Virus record (IMG/VR): IMGVR_UViG_3300032116_000004
Coordinates: 251,779 to 315,778 of that record
Length of the DNA stretch: 64,000 bases
Reading direction: 5' to 3' (one strand)
A model generated the notes under the pieces. The model had not been told where the DNA came from, did not search any database, and worked only from the letters and a program-made list of their open reading frames with translations. This document shows positions 18,979 to 30,900 of the stretch, one piece after another (the stretch's first letter is position 1; the number at the start of each line of letters is the position of its first letter). The position numbers and the translations under genes were made by a program.

Positions 18979-21900
18979 TCAGACCCTTCCTTCAATGAAC
19001 CAAGCAGCTTCGGTATTCTGTTCCTGTAAAGGTATACCGTTGCTGGCTGTGTTTATGCCTTGGGCGTATAACACCTTGGCTTGGACGATGAATATGACCA
19101 CTTCCACACCCGACTGCGGTGCTGTGGCAAATGTTATCGTGATTGGATCCACAGATGATACGCTGTATTCTGAAGCATCAACTATAGTTCCGCCCACGCT
19201 GACCTGTATGGGTCTGGTCACTGATATATCTGTGACAAAAGTGTCTGTGGCCACATCTGCTTGGGTGATAAAGAATGTGTTGCTGTTGAGATCATTGATC
19301 ACTACCACACGCTCGGCTGGAATCACTGTGTCAAATTGCACAGTGATTGGGTTGAGATCAGTGACGTCATAGACCGTTTCTGGCTGTAACACTAAATCAG
19401 TAGCAGAGAAGGCAGCGGCCCAACGGCTGGTTGAGCCTGTGGTGGGCACGGTCAGTGTAGAAACAGGACCAGAAATTGGCGTATATGTCACGCGGAACTG
19501 TAATCCAGCATCAGGAACAAAATTCAGTTGCACAGTTATAGGATTCACACTGATGATAGTGAAATCGTCTTGAGGTATCTCTACCAGGGTGCCAATGGTA
19601 GGTCCAAGGTAGCACTGGATAGATCCACCAAGATACACATCAATTTCGTTGACATAGCCAAATTCTGCGTTGTATGTGGTAGTGCTACCGTCGGCCAAGA
19701 ACGTCTGTTCCAATGTGTTTTGTTGGTAGACATTTGGTAGCAATTCGCCTCGACCGATGCTGAGCACAGGTGCATCTATTGCATGAGAATCTGCACCAGT
19801 TCCTGCTGTGCCGCGTCGCAGTCCGCTGACTGTATTGGCCCAGTCGTCTCGTTCGCGATAGGTAATGCGTTCACCGTTGACAGTAATCTGTCCAAAGATA
19901 TTGTTGGGTAGATTGGGTTCATCGAGATTCTTGGCATCTCTGACATAGATGATGTCGTCTGTGGCCGACAATGCTTGCGTGAGAACAGTAGAAGTGTCAG
20001 GCAATATCCGATAGATCTTCTGTATCCCCAGCATGTCCTGGAAGATACGGAAAGCAATAGCCTCAGGAACCACAGTCTGTGTGAACGAAGTTATAGCGAC
20101 CACATCTCCTGGACCAATGATACTGCCACTGATGGTCACTACACTACCGCTGACCGTGAATCCATTACCGGCCAGCAGTCGCCAACCATTGAGGGTGACC
20201 CAGAGGCGTTCAGTGTCCAAGATTGGACGACCAGTGTCAAAATTGTTGGTTTCAATCACAGCGCCCGCAGAATAATCGTAACTGCCCGGGAGTCCTGTGA
20301 CATCTCCTGCATCAAAATTGGTGCTGTCATAGGGCTCACCAATTGTGGTTCCGGTCTGTGTGGGTCCTACAAATACCTGGGTCAATAATCCTTGTTCTTG
20401 TGTGTCATTCCATGTAGTTATACCAATCACTGCACCAACAGAAGCACCTACTCGCAATATCAATTGATCGTTGTTGACTATGTAATCTGCATCTGTGGTA
20501 AGTGCTATCACTATTGTAGTTCCAGGAGCAGGCGCGGTATTGAACTGCACATAACGATCACTGCTGCCATCCCATGGACTCACAGTGTAATCAACTGCCA
20601 GGAACAATCGTTCTTGATCTACATAGACTTCGACATCGTTGTCGCTGATCAAGCCTTGATTGACTTGTCCACGAGTGGGCAGATAAAATGGTCCTGCGCT
20701 GGATCCATCGCCAAAGTATTCCACGCTCTCTGCGGGACGCAAGCGGTTACCGTCACGTTCTACGATGAGGTTGATATCGTTGGTGCCTTGGAGACTGTTG
20801 TCCAAAATATAGGTATCAGTGCTGCCATCATATATGAAATACTGTGTGAGAGGGAAACTCCATGTTTTCTGAGGAGTGGTGATGCCCATCACAGTGACCA
20901 CTACCCAATCATTGATGCCATAGGTATCAGCAAAGGTAACTGTGGTGGTTTGACCGCCTGAACTAGAAGCGTAATTGTAGTTCGTGATGATCGCACCGTT
21001 GACCACGATATTGAGTTCGTAAATTTCGTTGTAGGCCACGGGCAACAACAAACTGTTGCCCACTAGGTTGCCTGGATAGCTTTCTTTGTAGAGTTGGCTT
21101 CCGCCTCCGATGCCATAGATTTCTATGGATACAATATCTCCGGCAGCGGCGCCTGCCGTCACAGTCACTACCTGGCTGGGCCAATTTACGGTATATTGTT
21201 CTTGGGGTATGAGACTTACTCTATTGGTGATATTGACCACTCTCACTGCCACAGCATGCGCCATGGCATCAGCAAAGCTCACGGATGCGTTGCTGGGTGT
21301 CCATGCGAGATTCACGGTCTTGATATTGAAACCGTGCCCGTCGCCGGTCCAGTCTGAACCAGGGCGTGTATACACACGCATGTCCAAGGTGTCAAACGTG
21401 GCACCGGGAACCAATTCTTCTGGTGCATGGCTGGAATAGGTGTCTATGAAAGCGCCGCCGGCCACGTTTATATCCGTAGTGCGTTCACCGAGATAGGTGT
21501 CAAGGAATGAACTTTCATAGATCGCATCTAGGATCGCTGGATCGTATGTGGGACGGCCTTCCGGACCGTAGTCGATGTTATCAAACGGATTGATGTCAAA
21601 ATTGCCCACATCAAATCCGGTGTTCTGATCAAATCCAGGACCTTTGACTTGCACTCCTGGGTAGTCAATGCCCACGATAACCTGGGCCAATTCTCTGCCG
21701 GGTTCATTGGGGGTAGGTGCATACAGACCTATCACACGATCGGCAGCGGCCAGTGTGGCAGGATCAACCAAAGTATAATCTTCAGGATCAAATATAGAAC
21801 CACTGTCCAGTTCTGAACTGTCATCTACTTCGTTGACACTGTAGACTTGATCTTGGAAACGCACCAACTGACCTTCAGCATACTTGGTATTAGGCTCCCA

Positions 21901-24900
21901 ATCCAAGACTTGGCTGGTATATTCATAGCGGTCAAACTTGATGGTAGTGGTGAAATTACGCACCAATTCATTGCCCATCACGGCCACTACACGGGCACCT
22001 GATCCATTGCCACCCGTTATGGTGATGGCAGGAGTTATGGTATAACCTGTGCCCGGATCTACCACGATCACTTGCACCAATTGTCCACCGGTATTCACCC
22101 GAGCCACAGCCAATCCAGGAGCACCAGACCAAGCCAAAGTCAAAGTGCCATTGGTTTCGGTGCCTTCGGTAAATGTAGGTGCCAAGGTTCCTGATGTGCC
22201 ATCGATCTGCACAGTGTATAAGTTACTGCGATAGAATATCTGTTGGCCTGCTGTGTAAACAGTATTGGTCTGCCATTCAGCACCAATAACTACCTGAGGC
22301 GCGATGGTATAACCTGCTCCGGGTTCTATGACATCTACGGCTTGGAGTTCAAGAGTATAGTGCTGATACCATTGGTTCCAGGGCAGAGTCTGCCAGATTG
22401 GTGCTGTGCTAGGAGTGCTAGAAACAGGATCCAACGGTGGTTCGCCGTCATCCAATATGGGGCTCACAAACTGGTTGTAAGTGGTATCAAAGTAGGCCGG
22501 ACAATCAAAATCCGTGACACTGCCTTGATAGGTATCAATGCCTTCGTATTTGAGATTGAACTCTTTTATCTTGACGTGATACGGTTTGACTTCTTTGATG
22601 TATTCCAACACAAAGTCCTGGTTGTCTTGGCGGAAGATCTGATAGGGCAAAAGGTCACGTATCTTGTGATTGACATCAATCAACGAAGTCTTGAACAGCC
22701 ACTCTGGTGCCACTTGTTCTTGCAAGATAAAGTCAAACATCAGCATCAAGAGATTGTTTCGGAATATCAACAGTTCGCCAGTGAGCAATTCTTCGTTGAT
22801 AGCACGTATGATCTGGCGTGTTTCTGTGCCAGGGAATGTGTCAAAGTATTGGCTGTCAAAGGTTTCGATATCAAAACCAAAGCGTCCCAACGCATAGTCC
22901 CAGATCTCGGCCTTGACTGCGATGGTTCCATCTTCCAGCACCACTCTATTCCATGTGCCATCCAACAATTGGTAGATTTCAAATTTGCCAAAACTGTTAC
23001 GTGTGACTTTCACACTGGAACCTTCGGGCAGGGTCAATCTAGCAAGATCGCTGAAAGTGGCCACTTCGGCGGCAGGTCTCTGTGATGTATTGTAACCAGG
23101 TTTGACCCAATCAATATACTCCCAGAATTTTTTAGTATCATAGTTCTGCACTCGGCTTAGCAACAATTCTTTGGGTGACCCGATCAGAGCAGATCCCAAG
23201 ACCACTGTGTATATGGTCCAAAGACCGTTTTGTGTGGAATCAGATGCCACTAGGTATTTGTATCCTGGTGCGACTTCGTCGAGATTTTGATATGTCAATT
23301 CAGCATAGGTCAATACACGCTTGTTCCATTCACCAGATGCTGATGTAGGCTCGGGCTCTTCGCTGTTCAGTAACGTGAATGGCCGGCTGTCGCTGATAGG
23401 AAACTGCGCCAGTATAGCATTGGCACGTTGGAGATAGTTTTCCAGTGCCAGGAAACGGTCGACAAAGAAACTCTGACGAGGGCGGAATTGCACACCATAC
23501 AATTCTGCAGGACTCAGTGTGGGATCTGGAACCTTGTTTCCTATGGTATCTTCGCCGCAGAACGAATCCAGCAGTTTGCGATACAGTCCACCACTCAAGA
23601 AACTGTTGGGGTTGTCTGTGGCAATGAGATCGTATTCCACGTGGACATTGTCATCATTGGCTATGCGATCAAACTCTACGTGCAATATGGTATCTTGGGC
23701 CGATATGAATGATCTACCATTGTAGATGGCAGTGGTGCTGGGGCTGATAAACGCCACATAAGGTATGCCGGAACTGCGAGGATTTTCGATGTATTGGGCC
23801 ACGGCCTGCACACTCAATGTCTTTTTCACTTGGGTAGCCACTTCGCGTATGCCCTTGACCCAGAAGAAATAACGAGCCGCAAACAATCCATCAGGATTGA
23901 GTTTGCTGGTCACTGTATAGCTGGTAGTGCTGTAAACTTCGCCTGGACCTTGATAGGCAGCCGGTGGTGTAGGACTTTCTATCCACTGATAGACATCCAC
24001 TGTGGATCCCGGGAACAGTTGACTCCAACGGCGCGAACGATATGCTATGGAATCCTGATGATAATCAATGAATCGCACTGTGGATAAGTCCCACCATATC
24101 TCTCCAAGATGGTTGTCAGTCCAGGTATCTCCATAGTTGTTCACTAATCCAGTGTTATAGGCTGCAGGATCCAGTGCGCCAAGATAATCAATATTCTGTC
24201 TAGCGGCACCTAAAATTTTGCCTTGTAGTGGATCAATAAAGTCAAAATACTGTGTGATCTTGCTTTCCAGTCGATCATACATGAACACCGAGTTCATGAG
24301 ATTGACATCTACTATAGGAGTCTGGCGATAGACCACGTTCCAGGCTGGCAATCTATCAATGTTGTTGAGTTGTGCCACACGCCCAAAATCTCCCACGCTG
24401 TCATCCAAATCGTCTTGGGGACTGCCTACCAATAGCACACCACCTTGATAACTAACAGCCGTTCCGAATTCGTCCAAGGATCCAAGATCTTCATCATAGA
24501 TCTGTTGTCCAAACACAAACTTGGAAGGATTGGTTACGCTGCCATTGGCCGCGGATAGCAAATCAAATGTATAGACCACGCCGCTTTCGGGCAATGGATC
24601 AAAGAATTCTGTGGACTTGCTGTCAAAAAATGTAGTGCCTTCATCAAAGGTTGTGGGTTTGGCCGCTGTGCCTTGTGGCGAACCGACGATCAATGTAGTG
24701 GCTTCGTCGGATATATTGAGGCTGGCTCCAAAATGCGCATAAGCGATAGGCAACGGAGCTTCTATGGTCTGGGTATAGACCATGGGCTCTAACCCAAGAT
24801 CATAGTATGCTGTGCCCAGGCCTGGCATGACCAACAGTTGTGTAAACGGAACAGCGGCATCGTGGTTAGCGATGGTTATATTGAGATAGCCGTCAGTGGT

Positions 24901-27900
24901 GAATGCGTTGACGTTGGGTAAATTGGCAGTGACAATATCAGCGGCATACAAAGCGGCCCAATCGCTGGCTTGCCAATATGTGGTGTCCGTCAATGCCGCG
25001 CCCACTGGCACAGTGCGGATGCTACGATAGATATCACTACCTGATATCACGAAAGTATTTGCGGCCCAGCCAATAGCACTGTTCCAACTAGCAGGAGTCG
25101 ATACTGCGACATCAACATTGTTGATCCGTATGGTATCTCCCGGAGTCAATGTGGGATCTTGTGTGATGCCTTGGATGGATCCATAGAGACGATTTTGATT
25201 AACGAATCTTTCCACACTGCCTGCTTCAGGCAACACAGTGGAATCGTTGGGCTGACCAATGTATAAGCTACAATTGGTAGGACACTGATCTACCACTCGA
25301 CCAAATGCGGCGGCAGCCACAGGTGCGTTGCTCTGCACCGCTTGCATGAGTTTGAAAGTGTTGGTAGAAATCTCCACTACATCGCCCACGTTCAAGGGTG
25401 CAGTGATAGTGACTTCGTTGGTCAGATAATCCACAGAGAACTCACCGTTGTTGTTGCCATTGGCATCTGGCACTAGATAGGTAGCATTGACTTTGACAGT
25501 GAACGGTGTATAGGCTCGCACAGTGCCGGTGCCAGATCCTGTTCCAGTGGCACGGAATATTTCGCCCACGGTGTTGGTATCAGCACCAATGGCCACATAG
25601 TTGGTAGTTCCCACAGTGAGTATGCGATATACTTTACCTATTTCGATTGTTGTAGCATTTTGTATCACCGGCCTCAGAGTGGTAAACGTATCCTCACCCG
25701 CTGTGGTAACTGTGAAACTTTCAATGCTACGATCGATCACATAGGTTTTGCCAGCCAGTAATTTAGCATCAGCGGTGTCATCAGGCGCACCTACCACTAC
25801 CTGAGCACCGTCAGTGGTAGTGGTCACACTGTGTCCAAATCTGCCACCCGACAATCCTGGTGTTTCAATGAAATCAATGTATTCCCAATAAGTTCCGCTG
25901 GTGAACAGTATGGTGCCAGTGGGTGGTGTCAACAAGAAAGTTACTACCTTGGTAGATTCGTCAAAACTGTAGTCCATATTAGGACGTTGCAACACATCAT
26001 TGACATACACACTGAAACTGCTGAGATTGCTCACGGTATACAATTCAGAGATATCAAATGTAGCCTGCGGCGAAGTAGTGATAAATGTTTTGCTTTGCAA
26101 TCTTGTGCATCTGACTACGTCACCGTCGTTGGGTGGTGCGTCAAACACAACAGTGCCATTGGAATAGTTGTATTCAACTCCGGCTGTCTTAGGAATATTA
26201 TTGACCACAACACCAATTTGCGTGGCACCAATACCGCCATCGGCAGAGTCATCATCTACCACTATCACATCGCCTACATAAAATTCTGTTGTTGACCCAT
26301 CACCAGTGAATGATTTGGCTTGGAACTGTATGTTTACACGATTGTATGCATACACCCGATCGCCCGATGGAGCACCCACATACATCCAGCGTTCATCAGT
26401 GCTGATGGCCACACTGTATCCATACTCATCAAACAAAAAGATATTGACTGTTTCGCCACCAGCCAGAGGTGTGGTCAGCACCACGTTGGGTGCGCTGTAG
26501 GTCCAGTCAACACCACGGATCAATACAGTGTCATCGACTACCACTCCCACGTCAGCGGGATCAGTTATGGTGATAGAACCCGAAGGATTGAATGTGGTTT
26601 GGCTGGCGCTGGCCGTGGTCTGATACAATCGATATGGAACTTCAGTGATCAGTTGGCTTTGCAAGAAACTGCCTGTGTTTTGATTGCGGGTGATGGCCAC
26701 GCTGTAGCCTTGTTTGGCCCAACTGTCGGGAGCCCCGGCCACTGCCCACTGGAGATTGCCAGTGGCCACGCTGGCACCATAGCCCTGCAGATTGTTAGCG
26801 TTCATGGTCAACTGCTGGGTTTCAACATAGGTCGCGGTAGATGCTTTGCTAAAACCATACAGCGCACCTGCTCCTGAGTTTGCACCTGGGGCACCTACTA
26901 GACAGGCTAGATTGTTGAAACCTTGAGATATGGCTGTGCCAAATCGTCCATTGGTTTCTGGTTCCTGAGGAACTAATTCAGCAGGCGAACCAAAGGGATC
27001 GATCTTTTCTAACACTACCCAGTGTCCTGTGCCATCATCGTCTACCCAGGCTTGATTGCCAGGCAACAAGCGATTGGCATAACTGAGAGCACTGACATCA
27101 GCGGCTTGTCGCACACGCATGCTTTCCAGCACAAAACACACACCATTGCCCGTGATTTGGGTAGCAGGCGCTGGAATAGCCAGGATCACTGTGACTGTGA
27201 ACAAACTAGGTATCGATAACACACGATATGCACCATCAACTACACTACCAAAATATTTGATCACGATCTGTTGGTTGACTTCAAGATCGTGCGGACCGGC
27301 AAATGTTAGGGTGCAAGTTCCGTTGAGATTGTCTCGGACCTGGGTGACAGGATAACTTACCAGATTGCTACGATAGATATTCCAATCATAGGCGTTGTCT
27401 TTGGCTACCCAGAAACTGGTGCCAACCAAGATGTTGTCAATGTCTGCGATGATAGGTGTGAGATCTTCAAAACTAAACACTTTGACATCGGCGTCGTCCC
27501 AGTTCACATAACCAGCATTGGGCAACTGTAGATCCGGTTGATTCAGCGTGATCACGGGCAGTATCTCAGGATCAGTTATCTTGTAACTTTCTTTCCAGAG
27601 TTTGTCGACCTGCACTGTCTGATCTGCATCGCTGAATTGTTGTGGTTCAATGATCTGGATGGTAGAAGGATTACCCAGCAACAATGCCTCGTTGAGGCGC
27701 AGTTCATAGTAACTGCGATTGGCATTAGCACCGTAGATAGAGCGCAGTATGGCCCAGTTTTCAAATATTTCATATTCGGCTACTTCTTTGCCAAGATTGG
27801 CTTTGCCAAAGATATCTGTGGCCTGTGTGGTGCCTTTGGTGCCCAGGAACTGGCTATAGAGATTAACTTGGCTGATATCGTCCAAGTTGAGATTCTGCAT

Positions 27901-30900
27901 GTATCTGCGAGGGCGGAAACCTATCAGGCCAAACGCAAACAGGTCGGCATCACGTTCTAGATTAGCGGAATATTTGTCATAGAAATTGCGGATGTTTTCA
28001 GCCTGGGTGGCAGCATTAGGCAACAGGCCTTTCTGTATCTGATCATAGTCGCTCTTGAGCCACTTAGCAAAGTCAAAAACAGATTCCGGAGGAATGATCT
28101 CTACCGCGGCCCAGTAAGCATCTTTGTATTTGACGATCTGTCCTTTGCTGTAACTGGTGTTGGGAACCCATGGCAAGATGTTGTCTTGATTGAGTATGAA
28201 ACCTTGTGCGTCAAGGCTGCCATCCCAATCGTAGGTGGTGTAGCCCACAAACAACAGGCGACTCTGGCGAGCTCCGGTGGCAGGATCATAGATCAGATCA
28301 GCAAACACAGATTGATTGTCAAGCACGATCATGTGTTCATAGGCACTGAACTTGGCATTGAGGTAACTGAATGTGTTGTTGTTCACTCCACGCAGTGTGA
28401 GATCATTGCCAAAGCGTTCAACCACATAGTCCTGCCCTTGCAGGGCCTGCTTGTTCTGATTGAGCAGGATGTCTTCGGGCGCCGTGACACTGAGTGGTTC
28501 AGCCACTAGATCAGGTTTGAATACATTGAGTTTGTTGGCCACGGGGTTGATATTGATCAACGATCCTGGTGCCCATCCTTGCTGGCTCCAGTAGATGAAC
28601 TCTTGTGCCATCTGTGTCCAATTCAGTATACGGCTGCCGGCTTGATCTTCAAAGGTCATGCCTTGTGCTTCCATGAAACGACCATAACTCAACAAGAAGT
28701 CAACCACAGATGATATACCTGTAAACTCATATCCATAAGGAACTTGCACCACGGTGTTGCTGTAATCCTGTGGTGCGCGAACTACTGTGTCGGCCGCTGT
28801 GATAATACGGAAATTGCCATTGGGGATGGATGCAAATATTTCAAAGTATGGACGTGTGGTCGAATAGCCATACACAGCGTAACCAGTCTGTGTTTTTTGG
28901 ATGATCACAGAACTCCAGGTCAACTGTGCCGATGTAGGATTGCGATACAGCAACAGTTGATAACTTTCATCCGGCAACAAAAGACTGGTATTGAGACTGT
29001 TGGGGCTTGACTTCTCTGTGAATATCTTGATGTATTGTTTGTCACTGAAAGCAGCCATTCTATAACACAATCTCACGTCTAGATTTTCTAGTTTGATTTC
29101 AAGATCTCTAGTAGAATCCAACCCTGTCTGTCGATTGTAGTCAACGATCCAGTTGATGTAACTGTTCTTGATGGTGCCATTGCCGTAGATTTCCAACTGG
29201 CTGGGCTGTATGCGGAATCTATTGTCGTAAAGATACTGTCCAAATTGTTCATTGTAACGATAGAGATCTCTATCGGCAAACAGGGCAAAATATTCTGCCG
29301 GCCTTGTCAACGCCAACAAGCGTTGCACAGCAAAAGGCCATGATGATGACTTGCGCCATGATGCTTCTACCGGTCCATCGTCGCCCACTGTCCAACTCTT
29401 GCGGAAGCTTCCGGTGTCGTATTCGCCAACCATGACATCAAAAGGTGACAGCAACTGACCCTCTGATCCGGCTGGAACCACGCCGGTCAGTCCAGGACGT
29501 TTGTATTTTTCAATCACGTATGGACCCATGGGATCCAGGACTAGACCATTCTCGAGATCTTCCCACAGAACCAAGTTACCAGATGTATATGGTGCAGGAC
29601 CATATTCTAATTCCCACCATGTGGGTTTCTCTGAGAAACCCAACATCTCCCAAGGTCTGGTATTGGGTGCGTCGGTGTCATAGAAATATTCGTAGATACC
29701 GCGCCAATTGCCCAACAGCAATTGACGGTTGAGTTTGTTTTGGCTTGCGCTGTAATTCCAAGTAAATTGGTTGTCAGGAATGTAATCTTGTTCTCTATAG
29801 GCCAACTTATTAGCACCCACCCAGGCCAAAAAGCTCACACCCAGGATCTGATTGACCTCAGCGAGACTGTAATCTGTAGTGCGGAACTGTCCTGGAACCA
29901 CATCCGTATAGGTCAGTGGTATAGGATTATCATTGGGGCCATGAGTAGGGCATTTGAGATTGTTAAAAATGCGTTTTTCAAATTCTAGCAAAACTTGATC
30001 ACGTATGTCTTCATAGGCCACAGTGATAGATCCATCGTGCCCGCGGATGACCAGTGTGGGTTCTACATAAGCATCATCGAGATAAATTTCAGGCATGAAT
30101 GAAGCATATAATCCCAACTTGGTTGGTGTTGACGGAACAAAATTACCATAAGTGGTAGTGTATTCTCGAATGGTGATGGTATCACCAATGGTCAATGGCA
30201 CCAAGATAGTCACACGAGGACCGTCGACGGCCACAGTGTAGTCAATATCGCCGCCCAACAATAATGTATCATTGAGATATATCAAGATAGCACGATAATT
30301 GGCCGAGTCAAAATCATAACTGTAGAGAGTATCAAAGGTATCGTCAGTGATAGGTGTGACCGTATACACTGTTTGTTCGTAGGTCTCACCTGTGGGCAGA
30401 CTGTCAGTCCAGTAAAACGGTGTGAGTTCATTCTTGCCAAGATTGATCAACTCCACGCATTCGTCCAGTATCTGCGCTGTGGTCATGTTTTGCCAGTCGT
30501 AGCGGACCACAGTATCCATCAAGACATTTTTGAATTTTTCATACTGCTGGGCGCTGAATTCCAATGATTTAAAGAAATCAAATCCGGGATCATTGATAAA
30601 CGTCGAAGCCAGAGTCAGCGGAGAACCTTGTTGCAGTATGATCTGGCCGTAAGGGATAAGATTGCCTAGGTCTCTAGTGTTGTTTGGACCGGCTATGTCT
30701 CCGGTAAAAGGAATGAGATTCTGGCAGATGCTACCATAATGATTGCGCACAGTGCCCAGAGTCACTTGAGGAACATCAGCATTGATCGCATTGTTTTCTA
30801 GGTTTACCGGCACGGTGTAAAAGCCCACAGGACTGGCAACCTGGCTGATCACGCTGACTTCCACGATGTCGCCCATGGCCGGAGGAGTGATGAAAGTGAT

